Below, piece after piece: positions 30,064 through 44,878 of a DNA stretch of 64,000 bases. The notes under the pieces are model-generated. The model was not told the origin of the DNA. It saw nothing but the letters and a program-made list of their open reading frames with translations, and ran no database searches. Each line of letters begins with the position of its first letter. Within the stretch, counting starts at the first letter, position 1. Position numbers and translations under genes: made by a program. The stretch comes from Escherichia coli. Lineage in GTDB: Bacteria > Pseudomonadota > Gammaproteobacteria > Enterobacterales > Enterobacteriaceae. Where the stretch lies: assembly GCF_003018115.1 (NCBI RefSeq), contig NZ_CP027457.1; one strand, given 5' to 3'.

Positions 30064-31284
30064 TTAACCCTGCAACAGACGAATCAACAAAGAACCGTTA
30101 TACATCGCGTCTTTTACCAGCGCAGCGCCTGCCATCGTGCCCTGGTTAGAGAACTGAGTACTCTCAACGCTAATGTGCTGACTATACGCAGGAAGGGCCT
30201 GCTGACGGATGCTGTCTGAGATCACCGGGAAGAGGATATCTGCCGCTTTACTTAACGGTGAGCCAATCAGTATTTTTTGTGGGTTAAATAAATTCACCAT
30301 GATGGCAAGAATGCGCCCTACATGCGCGCCCACCCCGGTAATGATGTCTTTTGCCAGCAGATCGCCGCGCAATGCCGCCTGACACAATGAGTCCACGGTT
30401 AACGGTTGCCCATGTAACATCGAGCTCATGGATTGATTGAGACGCAGCTGTGCCAGCTCAAGAATACTGTCCACACTGGCGATGGTTTCGAGGCAGCCGT
30501 GGTTCCCGCAATAACAACGTTTCCCATACGGGTCGACCTGTGTGTGGCCTATTTCCACGAGGCTACTGCTGCCTGCGTGTAGCAGATGACCATCGGTAAT
30601 GACGCCCGCCCCCACGTTGTGATCGATAACCACCTGAATCACATCGCGCGCCCCGCGTGAGGCACCAAACAAGGCCTCTGCCATCGTCCATGCGCTGATA
30701 TCATGCTGAATATAAACCGGAACGCCGGTATGCTGCTCCAGAGCCTCGCCGAGCGGCATCTCTTTTACATCCTCGTAGAACGGCATGCGATGTACAATGC
30801 CATTTTCCGTATCAATAATTCCCGGCAGGGTTATGGCAATCGAAGTTAGACGCTCAAGTTTTTTCTGGTGGCGGATAAAAAACTGATCGATATGGGAAAT
30901 GATACGATCCAGCAATGGCGAGTCATCTTTTAACGCCAGTTCCTGCGACTCTTCCACCACCAGTTTGCTGCTCAGATCGCGCAGAGCAAGGAAAATCTCC
31001 CCGCGACTAATGCGCAGAGAAAGATAGTGCCAGGCTTCAGTTTCAACCACCAGCCCCACCGCCGGACGGCCACGGTTCCCCGCTTCTTTGATTTCCAGCT
31101 CTTGCACCAGGTGTGCTTCGAGCATCTCACGGACAATTTTAGTGATACTGGCAGGAGCCAGCTGCGCCAGACGGGAAAGATCGATACGCGAGACTGGACC
31201 AAGCTGATCAATCAGGCGATAAACCGCGCCCGCGTTGGTCTGCTTTATTTGATCAATGTGCCCAGGCTGGTTTTCAGCAACCAC
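30064..31284 (-). CDS. mlc: ROK-family global regulator Mlc (DgsA)
   Basis: 406 aa MVAENQPGHIDQIKQTNAGAVYRLIDQ... Confidence 0.9.
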   Translation of the reverse strand: MVAENQPGHIDQIKQTNAGAVYRLIDQLGPVSRIDLSRLAQLAPASITKIVREMLEAHLVQELEIKEAGNRGRPAVGLVVETEAWHYLSLRISRGEIFLALRDLSSKLVVEESQELALKDDSPLLDRIISHIDQFFIRHQKKLERLTSIAITLPGIIDTENGIVHRMPFYEDVKEMPLGEALEQHTGVPVYIQHDISAWTMAEALFGASRGARDVIQVVIDHNVGAGVITDGHLLHAGSSSLVEIGHTQVDPYGKRCYCGNHGCLETIASVDSILELAQLRLNQSMSSMLHGQPLTVDSLCQAALRGDLLAKDIITGVGAHVGRILAIMVNLFNPQKILIGSPLSKAADILFPVISDSIRQQALPAYSQHISVESTQFSNQGTMAGAALVKDAMYNGSLLIRLLQG

Positions 31285-31418
31285 CGCATACTCCCTATAT
31301 TTTCGCGCTCCGAAATAATCTGTAGGCTATGGTGAAGCACTTCAATACGTGTCGTCAAATTTTTACTTAGGCATGTGATTAACAGCACATTTTTCGGGCT
31401 TTTTCGCTGAAATTTCCC

Positions 31419-32312
31419 TCACCTGAGAGCATTCAGCAGATGAATACGAAAGTTACGCGCAGCTGGACTTTGTTCATGATGTTTCGGCCAGACCAACCAC
31501 ATTTCAGAAACCGCATCCTCTTCAGCAATCGGCACCCAGCGCATTTCGTTGAGCTGAACACGTTTAAATGACGCAGGCAAAATTGAAACACCCAGACCGG
31601 CGGAAACCAGACCGATGATGGTCATTGCCTCGCCCACCTCCTGAGTGATGACGGGTGTCAAATGGTAACGTCGCATCAGTCCGAGAATATCGTCATACAG
31701 CCCTGTCCCGACGTGCGGATCAAAAAAGACAAAGGGTTCTTTCGCCAGTTCAGCCAGCGTTACATTCGGGTTATTTGCCAGGGGATGATCGTGCGGGATC
31801 ATCGCCATAAGCGGTTCATGGACGATGACTGCGTGTTCAAGCGTCTCCGGTAACGCTGTGTTACGCAGCAATCCCATATCCAGCGTTCCTTCAATGAGCG
31901 GAGCGATTTGCTCGCGAGTGTTCATTTCGCGGGTTTGTAAATGGACATCAGGATAATCTCGGCGAAACAGCGATAACGTATCAGACACCGCCCGAATAAA
32001 AGGAGCGGACGAAGTAAAACCAATACGCAACTCCCCCGCTTCACCCTGATGCAGCCTTTCAGCGCGAGCGGCAGCGTCATCCACCATAGACAGGATTTGC
32101 CGACTATCTGCAAGAAACTGTTTTCCTGCTGCCGTCAGCAATACACTGCGATTGGTTCGTGCCAGCAGTCGGGCACCAATTTGTTGCTCCAGCGCCTGAA
32201 TCTGCTGACTTAGCGGCGGTTGCGAAATATTCAGGCGGGCAGCGGCGCGCCCGAAATGCAGCTCTTCCGCAACAGCAACAAAGTAACGCAGATGACGAAG
32301 TTCAATATTCAT
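31419..32312 (-). CDS. ynfL: LysR-family transcriptional regulator YnfL
   Basis: 297 aa with N-terminal HTH. Confidence 0.85.
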   Translation of the reverse strand: MNIELRHLRYFVAVAEELHFGRAAARLNISQPPLSQQIQALEQQIGARLLARTNRSVLLTAAGKQFLADSRQILSMVDDAAARAERLHQGEAGELRIGFTSSAPFIRAVSDTLSLFRRDYPDVHLQTREMNTREQIAPLIEGTLDMGLLRNTALPETLEHAVIVHEPLMAMIPHDHPLANNPNVTLAELAKEPFVFFDPHVGTGLYDDILGLMRRYHLTPVITQEVGEAMTIIGLVSAGLGVSILPASFKRVQLNEMRWVPIAEEDAVSEMWLVWPKHHEQSPAARNFRIHLLNALR

Positions 32313-32418
32313 ATTTAAAACATCTTATTTGAGATTATTAATATATTAGACAGAACAATTCGATTTTCCTAACCTATGTATAAGCCTGATCCACAGGCAT
32401 ATTTAGCAAGGATTTCAA

Positions 32419-33672
32419 GTGAGCCGTACTACAACTGTTGATGGCGCTCCGGCAAGCGACACTGACAAGCAAAGCATTTCTCAGCCAAATCAATTTATTA
32501 AACGCGGTACGCCGCAATTTATGCGCGTCACCCTGGCGCTGTTCTCTGCCGGACTGGCAACATTTGCACTTCTCTATTGTGTGCAGCCTATCCTTCCGGT
32601 GCTTTCGCAGGAGTTTGGCTTAACGCCCGCGAACAGTAGTATTTCACTGTCCATTTCCACGGCGATGTTGGCTATTGGTTTGCTGTTTACTGGCCCCCTA
32701 TCCGATGCCATTGGTCGCAAACCAGTGATGGTCACGGCGCTACTATTGGCCTCCATTTGTACGTTACTTTCGACAATGATGACCAGCTGGCACGGCATTT
32801 TGATTATGCGCGCCTTGATTGGGCTTTCGTTAAGTGGCGTGGCAGCTGTTGGCATGACTTATCTTAGCGAGGAAATCCACCCCAGTTTCGTGGCCTTTTC
32901 GATGGGGTTGTATATCAGCGGCAACTCAATTGGCGGCATGAGCGGACGCTTAATTAGTGGTGTCTTCACGGACTTTTTCAACTGGCGAATTGCTCTGGCG
33001 GCTATCGGTTGTTTCGCGCTAGCCTCGGCGTTGATGTTCTGGAAAATCCTCCCGGAATCACGCCATTTTCGCCCGACTTCGCTGCGACCTAAGTCGTTGT
33101 TTATCAACTTTCGTCTGCACTGGCGTGACCGGGGATTACCGTTATTGTTCGCAGAAGGCTTTTTGCTGATGGGGTCGTTCGTCACGCTGTTTAATTACAT
33201 CGGCTATCGGTTGATGCTCTCCCCCTGGCATGTCAGTCAGGCCGTGGTTGGCTTATTATCGCTGGCTTATTTGACCGGTACATGGAGCTCACCCAAAGCC
33301 GGAACCATGACCACCCGCTATGGGCGTGGTCCAGTGATGTTGTTTTCGACGGGGGTTATGCTGTTTGGTTTACTGATGACCTTATTCAGCTCGCTGTGGC
33401 TGATCTTTGCCGGAATGTTACTCTTCTCAGCAGGATTCTTCGCAGCCCACTCAGTTGCCAGCAGCTGGATCGGCCCCCGCGCAAAACGCGCTAAAGGCCA
33501 GGCCTCCTCGCTGTATCTGTTCAGTTACTATCTGGGGTCGAGTATTGCCGGGACGCTGGGTGGTGTTTTCTGGCATAACTATGGCTGGAACGGCGTCGGC
33601 GCATTTATTGCTCTGATGCTGGTCATTGCTCTGCTGGTCGGGACGCGTTTGCATCGTCGTCTGCACGCCTGA
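32419..33672 (+). CDS. ynfM: MFS transporter YnfM
   Basis: 417-aa polytopic protein; divergent from ynfL. Confidence 0.85.
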   Translation: MSRTTTVDGAPASDTDKQSISQPNQFIKRGTPQFMRVTLALFSAGLATFALLYCVQPILPVLSQEFGLTPANSSISLSISTAMLAIGLLFTGPLSDAIGRKPVMVTALLLASICTLLSTMMTSWHGILIMRALIGLSLSGVAAVGMTYLSEEIHPSFVAFSMGLYISGNSIGGMSGRLISGVFTDFFNWRIALAAIGCFALASALMFWKILPESRHFRPTSLRPKSLFINFRLHWRDRGLPLLFAEGFLLMGSFVTLFNYIGYRLMLSPWHVSQAVVGLLSLAYLTGTWSSPKAGTMTTRYGRGPVMLFSTGVMLFGLLMTLFSSLWLIFAGMLLFSAGFFAAHSVASSWIGPRAKRAKGQASSLYLFSYYLGSSIAGTLGGVFWHNYGWNGVGAFIALMLVIALLVGTRLHRRLHA

Positions 33673-34095
33673 AAAATAAGTCCGGACTGCAGTAAATACC
33701 CATCCGGACTTATTGCCTGCTCAAACCAACGTTAATAGCCATCCTAAAATAGACGAAGCGCCAGCCAATTCCCGCAGCGCGTCTAGCGTCATCAGGATTA
33801 TAAGTACCCAAATAAACGGATTCATTTTGCTGTGTGTCATTTATTACTGATGCGCAGTTATTCTACCGCTTTGTAAGTAGTAAAATAGTTAACCCGATCA
33901 AGACTACTATTATTGGTAGCTAAATTTCCCTTAAGTCACAATACGTTATTATCAACGCTGTAATTTATTCAGCGTTTGTACATATCGTTACACGCTGAAA
34001 CCAACCACTCACGGAAGTCTGCCATTCCCGGGGATATAGTTATTTCAACGGCCCCGCAGTGGGGTTAAATGAAAAAACAAATTGAGGGTATGACA

Positions 34096-34404
34096 ATGAA
34101 AAAAGTATTAGCTCTGGTTGTTGCCGCTGCTATGGGTCTGTCTTCTGCCGCCTTTGCTGCAGAGACTGCGACCACACCTGCTCCAACTGCGACGACCACC
34201 AAAGCAGCGCCGGCGAAAACTACACATCATAAAAAACAGCATAAAGCAGCACCTGCCCAGAAAGCGCAGGCGGCTAAAAAGCATCATAAAAATGCGAAAA
34301 CTGAACAGAAAGCCCCTGAACAAAAAGCGCAGGCAGCGAAGAAACACGCCAAGAAACACAGCCATCAGCAACCGGCAAAACCTGCTGCACAACCCGCAGC
34401 GTAA
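34096..34404 (+). CDS. asr: acid shock protein Asr
   Basis: 102 aa, signal peptide then Lys/Ala/Gln/His-rich repeats. Confidence 0.9.
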   Translation: MKKVLALVVAAAMGLSSAAFAAETATTPAPTATTTKAAPAKTTHHKKQHKAAPAQKAQAAKKHHKNAKTEQKAPEQKAQAAKKHAKKHSHQQPAKPAAQPAA

Positions 34405-34496
34405 GTTTTCAACAGTAATGCTGGCGCGCCCCCTCGCGCCTGAAAATTACGGTGCTAAGCGGGTAACGTTTAGCACCGCCTTTAGCGGAGGGTAGT

Positions 34497-34580
34497 ATGG
34501 TGGGCCGTTATCGCTTTGAGTTCATTCTTATCATCCTTATTTTATGCGCACTGATTGCCGCCCGTTTTTATCTTTCCTGA
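34497..34580 (+). CDS. ydgU: small membrane protein YdgU (27 aa)
   Basis: MVGRYRFEFILIILILCALIAARFYLS; below the ORF-track cutoff. Confidence 0.6.
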   Translation: MVGRYRFEFILIILILCALIAARFYLS

Positions 34581-34679
34581 CTGTAGTTATCTGATTTTAC
34601 TCCCACTTTCATCCCGTCCCGTCTATAGTATTTATGAGGGTTTGCTTTTAATAATCATAATTACCCACCAGAGTGTGAT

Positions 34680-35501
34680 ATGCGTACAACCATTGCTGTA
34701 GTGTTGGGTGCAATTAGTTTGACGTCTGCTTTTGTGTTTGCAGATAAACCAGACGTTGCCAAATCGGCAAACGATGAGGTCAGCACCCTGTTTTTTGGTC
34801 ATGATGATCGTGTGCCAGTGAATGACACGACCCAATCACCGTGGGATGCGGTTGGGCAACTGGAAACGGCCAGCGGCAATTTATGTACGGCGACGCTGAT
34901 TGCACCCAATCTGGCATTAACGGCAGGACACTGTTTATTGACACCTCCAAAGGGTAAAGCCGATAAAGCAGTAGCGCTGCGTTTTGTGTCAAATAAAGGT
35001 CTTTGGCGCTATGACATCCACGACATAGAAGGCCGCGTTGATCCGACACTGGGAAAGCGGTTAAAAGCAGATGGGGATGGTTGGATTGTACCTCCCGCAG
35101 CCGCGCCGTGGGACTTCGGATTGATTGTGCTACGTAATCCCCCTTCTGGCATTACGCCGTTGTCGTTATTTGAGGGAGATAAAGCCGCGCTTACCGCCGC
35201 ATTAAAAGCGGCAGGTCGTAAAGTGACTCAGGCAGGATACCCTGAAGATCATCTCGATACGTTGTACAGTCATCAAAACTGTGAAGTGACTGGCTGGGCG
35301 CAAACGTCGGTGATGTCACATCAGTGCGATACCTTGCCGGGTGACAGCGGTTCGCCTCTGATGTTGCATACCGATGACGGCTGGCAATTAATTGGGGTGC
35401 AAAGTTCGGCTCCTGCCGCGAAAGATCGCTGGCGCGCCGATAACCGGGCCATTTCTGTTACCGGTTTTCGCGACAAGCTGGATCAACTGTCGCAAAAATA
35501 A
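34680..35501 (+). CDS. ydgD: secreted trypsin-like serine protease YdgD
   Basis: 273 aa; TAGHC and GDSGSP catalytic motifs. Confidence 0.9.
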   Translation: MRTTIAVVLGAISLTSAFVFADKPDVAKSANDEVSTLFFGHDDRVPVNDTTQSPWDAVGQLETASGNLCTATLIAPNLALTAGHCLLTPPKGKADKAVALRFVSNKGLWRYDIHDIEGRVDPTLGKRLKADGDGWIVPPAAAPWDFGLIVLRNPPSGITPLSLFEGDKAALTAALKAAGRKVTQAGYPEDHLDTLYSHQNCEVTGWAQTSVMSHQCDTLPGDSGSPLMLHTDDGWQLIGVQSSAPAAKDRWRADNRAISVTGFRDKLDQLSQK

Positions 35502-35539
35502 TGTTCAAACGCTGCCCGACAGCGCGGGCAGCGTCTTCA

Positions 35540-35869
35540 TCAGGCAAGTTTCACCATGATCATTCCAGCCAACAGCAAGACCAGGCCAATCCAGCCTTTA
35601 CGATTTAACCGTTGACCAAACAAGATCCAACCTGCGGCTAACGTGGCGGCAATACCAAACCCGCCCCACAATGCATAAGCGACAGACAAGTCGATCCCTT
35701 TAACGGCCTGAGAAAGCGCACTAAAGGCAGCCAGCACCGCCGCCAGGGAGAGCAAGCCAAATATTTTGCGACGAAAGCCGTCAGAAAATTTCAAAAAGAC
35801 GTTAGCAACGATTTCCAGCACGATTGCCAATGCCAGCCAGGCGGCGTGAACCCATTCAAACTGCGCCAT
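35540..35869 (-). CDS. mdtI: SMR-family spermidine exporter subunit MdtI
   Basis: 109 aa, four TM helices. Confidence 0.9.
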
Positions 35870-36221
35870 GGTTCACCTCCAGTTCAGGTTTACGCGCTTT
35901 ACGGGTACCTGATTTTATCAACACAATCCCGGCGACCAGGGTGGTTAACCCGGCAATTTTCATCAGCGATAAACTTTCGTCGAATAACAAAACGCTAAAC
36001 AAGGTAATAAATAAAATACCGATACCTTCCCACAGCGCATAAGCTACGCCTAAGGCGATTTTTTTAACGGCGAAAGAGAGAAATATATACGACAGAGAAA
36101 TCATCACCAGCATTAAAATAAAGCCGCCATTTCCCTCACTGACGCTCGCCCATTTCATGGACAGCGTACCGGTAATTTCTGTAGCAATAGCCAGGCCTAA
36201 TAAAATCCAATAAATATACAT
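35856..36221 (-). CDS. mdtJ: SMR-family spermidine exporter subunit MdtJ
   Basis: 121 aa; overlaps mdtI by 14 nt. Confidence 0.9.
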
Positions 36222-36632
36222 TGTCCTTCTCCTGCAAGAGAATTATTTTAATTTTCGCTTAATTCAGCGAAACCAAAGTAAAGTGGTCAAGCCCCGCGCT
36301 TAGCGCAAGCTTTGGCAGAAGAAAGGACTAAAGCGCGTTGCGCCAGTGCTGCTCACCTACGAGCAAGATAGTGGATGAGGTACGAAGATGGGTAAATGTA
36401 GAAAATAACGTCCTGAACAAATTGTCCATAATATTACAATTATCCGCAGTGTTGCTTCTCGTCATCGCGGATGATAATTGTCCTCGGTAGTTGAACACGC
36501 CTGATTTGTATCATAGCTTAAGAATTAACTCAAAATATTTTCACTTCTTTACCTGAGCGGTTTGATTTTCGTTATGATGACGGAGCGAAAAAGACATTAT
36601 TATTAGCAAAGGAAGAAAAAACGGAGACAAGC

Positions 36633-37667
36633 ATGGCAAAGCCGATCATCACGCTCAATGGCCTAAAAATCGTCATTATGTTGGGAATGCTGGTCATTAT
36701 TCTCTGCGGTATCCGTTTTGCCGCCGAGATCATCGTGCCGTTTATTCTCGCATTATTTATTGCTGTTATTCTTAACCCGCTGGTGCAACACATGGTCCGC
36801 TGGCGAGTGCCGCGTGTACTGGCGGTGTCGATTTTGATGACCATCATCGTGATGGCGATGGTGTTGCTATTAGCTTACTTGGGTTCCGCGCTCAACGAGT
36901 TGACGCGGACGTTACCACAATATCGCAACTCTATTATGACGCCGCTGCAAGCTCTTGAGCCGTTGTTGCAACGCGTAGGGATTGACGTCTCAGTTGACCA
37001 ACTGGCGCATTACATTGATCCGAACGCGGCGATGACGTTGCTCACCAACTTATTGACGCAGTTATCTAATGCCATGTCATCAATATTTTTATTGCTGCTG
37101 ACGGTGCTGTTTATGCTGCTCGAAGTGCCACAATTGCCCGGAAAATTTCAGCAAATGATGGCGCGTCCGGTTGAAGGGATGGCGGCGATTCAGCGTGCGA
37201 TTGACAGTGTGTCTCATTATCTGGTGCTGAAAACAGCCATCAGCATCATCACCGGCCTGGTCGCCTGGGCGATGCTCGCCGCACTCGATGTTCGCTTCGC
37301 TTTTGTCTGGGGATTGCTGGCCTTTGCGCTTAATTACATCCCTAATATTGGTTCAGTTCTCGCGGCAATCCCCCCTATCGCTCAGGTACTGGTGTTTAAT
37401 GGCTTCTACGAAGCGTTGCTGGTGCTGGCGGGATATCTGCTGATTAATCTGGTCTTCGGCAATATTCTGGAGCCGCGCATCATGGGGCGTGGGCTGGGTC
37501 TTTCCACATTGGTGGTATTTTTGTCGTTGATTTTTTGGGGATGGTTGTTAGGACCGGTGGGTATGCGGCTTTCCGTGCCGTTGACAATTATTGTCAAAAT
37601 TGCGCTTGAACAAACAGCGGGAGGTCAAAGCATCGCCGTTCTGTTAAGCGATCTCAATAAAGAGTGA
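36633..37667 (+). CDS. tqsA: AI-2 transport protein TqsA (AI-2E family)
   Basis: 344-aa polytopic membrane protein. Confidence 0.85.
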   Translation: MAKPIITLNGLKIVIMLGMLVIILCGIRFAAEIIVPFILALFIAVILNPLVQHMVRWRVPRVLAVSILMTIIVMAMVLLLAYLGSALNELTRTLPQYRNSIMTPLQALEPLLQRVGIDVSVDQLAHYIDPNAAMTLLTNLLTQLSNAMSSIFLLLLTVLFMLLEVPQLPGKFQQMMARPVEGMAAIQRAIDSVSHYLVLKTAISIITGLVAWAMLAALDVRFAFVWGLLAFALNYIPNIGSVLAAIPPIAQVLVFNGFYEALLVLAGYLLINLVFGNILEPRIMGRGLGLSTLVVFLSLIFWGWLLGPVGMRLSVPLTIIVKIALEQTAGGQSIAVLLSDLNKE

Positions 37668-37691
37668 CGGCCTCCGCAGAGGCCGTCAGGG

Positions 37692-39083
<1,392 letters not shown>

Positions 39084-39090
39084 TTACCCC

Positions 39091-40686
<1,596 letters not shown>

Positions 40687-41146
40687 TCATGTACGAGCTA
40701 AATGTTACTCCGTTAAAATAAATTAGTAACAAACGCCCTATAACGTACTGAAAATTATGCCTGTGATCTAGCTCCAAAAATCAGTATTTCGGCGTGAACT
40801 CGCAAAATATTAACGATTCAGCCGTGATAGTGGGATAAACACCTTAGAACGCTGGATAAAGACTGATAATTGTCTTCGACGGTCAGGTAAAACGAGACAT
40901 CGCCCCGGCACGAATCACTACTTAACATTAAATTAACTTATACAATTCAGTTGCTTCAGTAGTATTGATGCTGATACGGCTGTTTTTTAAGCATAGACGG
41001 TCATTTGGGCAGGATTAAAATTGGCTTAAGGAATCTGATATGAAAAATGACGCAGACAGTTACACCGTTTAAATGCAATAATCAGCCACGTTTCTCGTTA
41101 ATAACAATACCAGTACCTGGTTTGCGCAAGGCGAAGGATTATTTTT

Positions 41147-42091
41147 ATGAAGCTTAAGAACACCCTCCTGGCGTCGGCACTGCTTTCTGCTACGGCATTC
41201 TCCGTTAACGCAGCAACAGAACTGACACCGGAGCAAGCGGCAGCGGTTAAACCTTTTGACCGTGTAGTGGTTACCGGTCGTTTTAATGCTATTGGCGAAG
41301 CGGTGAAAGCCGTTTCTCGTCGCGCAGATAAAGAAGGTGCCGCCTCTTTTTATGTTGTCGACACTTCTGATTTTGGTAACAGCGGTAACTGGCGTGTGGT
41401 CGCTGACCTCTATAAAGCCGATGCTGAAAAAGCAGAAGAAACAAGTAATCGCGTAATTAACGGTGTTGTCGAACTGCCGAAAGATCAGGCTGTTCTGATT
41501 GAACCGTTTGACACGGTCACCGTCCAGGGCTTCTATCGTAGCCAGCCAGAAGTCAATGATGCCATCACCAAAGCGGCAAAAGCGAAAGGTGCCTACTCTT
41601 TCTACATCGTTCGTCAAATCGATGCCAACCAGGGCGGCAACCAGCGTATTACTGCATTCATCTATAAAAAAGATGCTAAGAAACGTATCGTCCAGAGCCC
41701 GGATGTGATCCCGGCAGATTCCGAAGCAGGACGTGCAGCTCTGGCTGCCGGTGGCGAAGCCGCGAAGAAAGTTGAGATCCCGGGTGTTGCGACTACCGCA
41801 TCACCAAGTTCTGAAGTCGGTCGCTTCTTTGAAACCCAGTCATCAAAAGGCGGGCGTTACACTGTCACGCTTCCGGATGGCACTAAAGTCGAAGAACTGA
41901 ACAAAGCGACAGCAGCGATGATGGTCCCGTTCGACAGCATCAAATTCTCTGGCAACTACGGCAACATGACCGAAGTCTCCTATCAGGTTGCGAAACGTGC
42001 CGCGAAGAAAGGTGCTAAATATTACCACATCACCCGCCAGTGGCAGGAACGTGGTAATAACCTGACCGTCAGTGCAGATCTGTATAAATAA
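41147..42091 (+). CDS. ydgH: periplasmic protein YdgH (DUF1471 repeats)
   Basis: 314 aa with signal peptide and internal repeats. Confidence 0.85.
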   Translation: MKLKNTLLASALLSATAFSVNAATELTPEQAAAVKPFDRVVVTGRFNAIGEAVKAVSRRADKEGAASFYVVDTSDFGNSGNWRVVADLYKADAEKAEETSNRVINGVVELPKDQAVLIEPFDTVTVQGFYRSQPEVNDAITKAAKAKGAYSFYIVRQIDANQGGNQRITAFIYKKDAKKRIVQSPDVIPADSEAGRAALAAGGEAAKKVEIPGVATTASPSSEVGRFFETQSSKGGRYTVTLPDGTKVEELNKATAAMMVPFDSIKFSGNYGNMTEVSYQVAKRAAKKGAKYYHITRQWQERGNNLTVSADLYK

Positions 42092-42276
42092 CTATTCAGT
42101 TACTCTTATAAGGCGGCTTGATGCCGCCTTTCGCATTTTTAGTCACAAATTTCCCCGCGACCATTGCATGCAGACACATCTCTTCGTAAAATCCCGCGCT
42201 TCAGTGGCAAACTCCATTTTTATGCGTTTTGCCCTAATATTTATTCTTCTTATCACGTTTTAATCACTGGATATCG

Positions 42277-43659
42277 ATGGAAAAGAAACTGGGACTGAGC
42301 GCACTCACCGCGCTGGTATTAAGCTCAATGCTGGGCGCGGGTGTTTTCAGTCTGCCGCAAAATATGGCGGCAGTTGCCAGCCCGGCAGCACTGCTCATCG
42401 GCTGGGGTATTACTGGCGCTGGCATTTTATTGCTGGCCTTTGCCATGCTGATCCTCACGCGCATTCGTCCCGAACTTGACGGCGGTATCTTTACCTATGC
42501 CCGCGAAGGGTTTGGCGAGCTAATCGGCTTTTGTTCCGCATGGGGATACTGGCTGTGCGCAGTCATCGCCAACGTCTCCTATCTGGTGATCGTTTTTTCC
42601 GCGTTAAGCTTTTTTACGGACACGCCGGAATTGCGCCTGTTTGGCGATGGTAATACCTGGCAATCGATCGTCGGTGCATCGGCTTTATTGTGGATTGTTC
42701 ACTTTTTGATCCTGCGCGGGGTGCAAACCGCTGCCAGCATTAACCTGGTGGCGACACTGGCAAAATTGTTGCCGCTGGGTCTGTTTGTTGTGCTGGCGAT
42801 GATGATGTTCAAACTGGATACCTTCAAGCTCGACTTCACCGGACTTGCACTTGGCGTACCTGTTTGGGAACAGGTGAAAAACACCATGCTGATCACCCTG
42901 TGGGTTTTCATTGGTGTGGAAGGTGCCGTGGTTGTTTCTGCGCGTGCGCGTAATAAACGTGATGTTGGCAAAGCGACACTGCTGGCGGTTCTCTCCGCTC
43001 TGGGCGTTTACTTGCTGGTAACGCTGCTTTCGCTAGGTGTGGTGGCACGTCCTGAACTGGCTGAAATTCGTAACCCGTCAATGGCCGGTCTGATGGTGGA
43101 AATGATGGGACCGTGGGGCGAAATCATCATCGCTGCCGGTTTGATCGTTTCCGTTTGCGGCGCGTACTTAAGCTGGACCATCATGGCAGCAGAAGTTCCG
43201 TTCCTGGCCGCCACTCATAAAGCATTCCCACGCATTTTTGCGCGCCAGAACGCACAAGCTGCGCCATCCGCCTCACTGTGGTTGACCAACATCTGCGTGC
43301 AAATTTGTCTGGTACTCATCTGGCTGACCGGTTCCGATTACAACACGTTGCTGACCATCGCCTCAGAAATGATTCTGGTGCCCTATTTCCTGGTCGGCGC
43401 GTTCTTGCTGAAAATCGCAACCCGTCCACTGCATAAAGCGGTAGGTGTCGGTGCCTGCATTTATGGCTTATGGTTATTGTACGCCTCTGGTCCAATGCAC
43501 TTGCTGTTATCCGTTGTTCTGTATGCGCCGGGGCTGCTGGTTTTCCTGTACGCGCGCAAAACGCATACACATGATAATGTACTGAACCGTCAGGAAATGG
43601 TGCTGATTGGCATGCTGTTAATTGCCTCAGTTCCGGCGACCTGGATGCTGGTGGGATAA
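42277..43659 (+). CDS. ydgI: APC-family basic amino acid antiporter (ArcD-like)
   Basis: 460-aa polytopic transporter. Confidence 0.85.
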   Translation: MEKKLGLSALTALVLSSMLGAGVFSLPQNMAAVASPAALLIGWGITGAGILLLAFAMLILTRIRPELDGGIFTYAREGFGELIGFCSAWGYWLCAVIANVSYLVIVFSALSFFTDTPELRLFGDGNTWQSIVGASALLWIVHFLILRGVQTAASINLVATLAKLLPLGLFVVLAMMMFKLDTFKLDFTGLALGVPVWEQVKNTMLITLWVFIGVEGAVVVSARARNKRDVGKATLLAVLSALGVYLLVTLLSLGVVARPELAEIRNPSMAGLMVEMMGPWGEIIIAAGLIVSVCGAYLSWTIMAAEVPFLAATHKAFPRIFARQNAQAAPSASLWLTNICVQICLVLIWLTGSDYNTLLTIASEMILVPYFLVGAFLLKIATRPLHKAVGVGACIYGLWLLYASGPMHLLLSVVLYAPGLLVFLYARKTHTHDNVLNRQEMVLIGMLLIASVPATWMLVG

Positions 43660-43695
43660 CGTTCATCCCATCGTTGGATAGCAAAGGAGATAACG

Positions 43696-44418
43696 ATGGG
43701 TCAAACCCAGCCCTTGCCAATATTAATTACTGGCGGAGGTCGTCGCATTGGCCTCGCCCTCGCATGGCATTTCATTAATCAAAAGCAACCGGTGATTGTC
43801 AGCTATCGGACACACTATCCAGCCATTGATGGACTGATTAATGCAGGTGCGCAGTGTATTCAGGCTGATTTTTCGACCAACGACGGTGTGATGGCGTTTG
43901 CCGATGAAGTACTAAAAAGCACCCATGGTCTGCGTGCTATTTTGCATAACGCCAGTGCGTGGATGGCGGAAAAACCGGGTGCGCCACTGGCCGACGTACT
44001 GGCTTGCATGATGCAGATCCACGTTAATACCCCATACCTGCTCAACCATGCGCTGGAAAGATTACTGCGTGGGCACGGACACGCCGCCAGCGATATCATT
44101 CACTTTACCGATTATGTGGTGGAGCGCGGTAGCGACAAACATATTGCGTATGCTGCAAGCAAAGCGGCACTGGATAATATGACCCGCTCGTTTGCCCGCA
44201 AGCTGGCACCGGAAGTGAAAGTGAATTCTATTGCGCCATCGCTGATCCTGTTTAATGAACATGATGATGCCGAATATCGACAACAGGCGCTGAATAAATC
44301 ACTGATGAAAACCGCGCCTGGCGAGAAAGAAGTGATCGACCTGGTCGATTACTTACTTACCAGTTGCTTTGTCACCGGACGCAGTTTCCCACTTGATGGC
44401 GGTCGTCATCTGCGTTAA
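43696..44418 (+). CDS. folM: dihydromonapterin/dihydrofolate reductase FolM (SDR family)
   Basis: 240 aa; ITGGGRRIG NADPH-binding motif. Confidence 0.9.
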   Translation: MGQTQPLPILITGGGRRIGLALAWHFINQKQPVIVSYRTHYPAIDGLINAGAQCIQADFSTNDGVMAFADEVLKSTHGLRAILHNASAWMAEKPGAPLADVLACMMQIHVNTPYLLNHALERLLRGHGHAASDIIHFTDYVVERGSDKHIAYAASKAALDNMTRSFARKLAPEVKVNSIAPSLILFNEHDDAEYRQQALNKSLMKTAPGEKEVIDLVDYLLTSCFVTGRSFPLDGGRHLR

Positions 44419-44750
44419 TGCAGCTTTATCCAGCATATAATCAACACCCATGCGCTTATCCCCCAACACGCAACAGAACCAACAAAAGCAGCGGGTAAGC
44501 GCATCATTCCGGTGAAATACCACAGCGACACCAGGTAAACAAAATAGGGAATAATCGACCACATGCTAAAAATGATGGTTGCGCGCAAGGCTTCGATGCC
44601 ACGTTCGCTGGCAACAATATAATGCGCGATGAGCGCAAAGGTCGGGAAAAGTGGAATCAGCCCGGCGATATAATAATTTTTCGTTTTTGCTAAAACACCA
44701 ATCAACAGCACTACCAGCGCACCGAGCGCGGCTTTGATTACCAGCCCCAT
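44415..44750 (-). CDS. ydgC: GlpM-family inner membrane protein YdgC
   Basis: 111 aa; convergent 4-nt overlap with folM. Confidence 0.8.
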   Translation of the reverse strand: MGLVIKAALGALVVLLIGVLAKTKNYYIAGLIPLFPTFALIAHYIVASERGIEALRATIIFSMWSIIPYFVYLVSLWYFTGMMRLPAAFVGSVACWGISAWVLIICWIKLH

Positions 44751-44878
44751 CTTTTTACCTTAACATTTCCATAACAAGTCATCAGTAGAATACCTGATGA
44801 AAACTTGTTTAGAAACGATTGATAGTAAGTAAAAACAGCGCGCTGTATTGTGACGTTTTTATATCTACCGTGAATGTT

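Noticed and set aside
33673-34095. Long non-coding interval upstream of asr as a possible sRNA or mobile remnant
   Set aside because: Fits the known long regulatory leader of asr; contains only a hairpin (ATAAGTCCGGA ... TCCGGACTTAT) consistent with a ynfM terminator. No evidence for a separate gene.
34108-34495. Overlapping ORFs in other frames and strand across asr
   Set aside because: Produced by the low-complexity Lys/Ala/Gln codon repeats of asr; the asr frame has the signal peptide and known protein sequence.
41069-41617. 182-aa minus-strand ORF
   Set aside because: Antisense shadow of ydgH.
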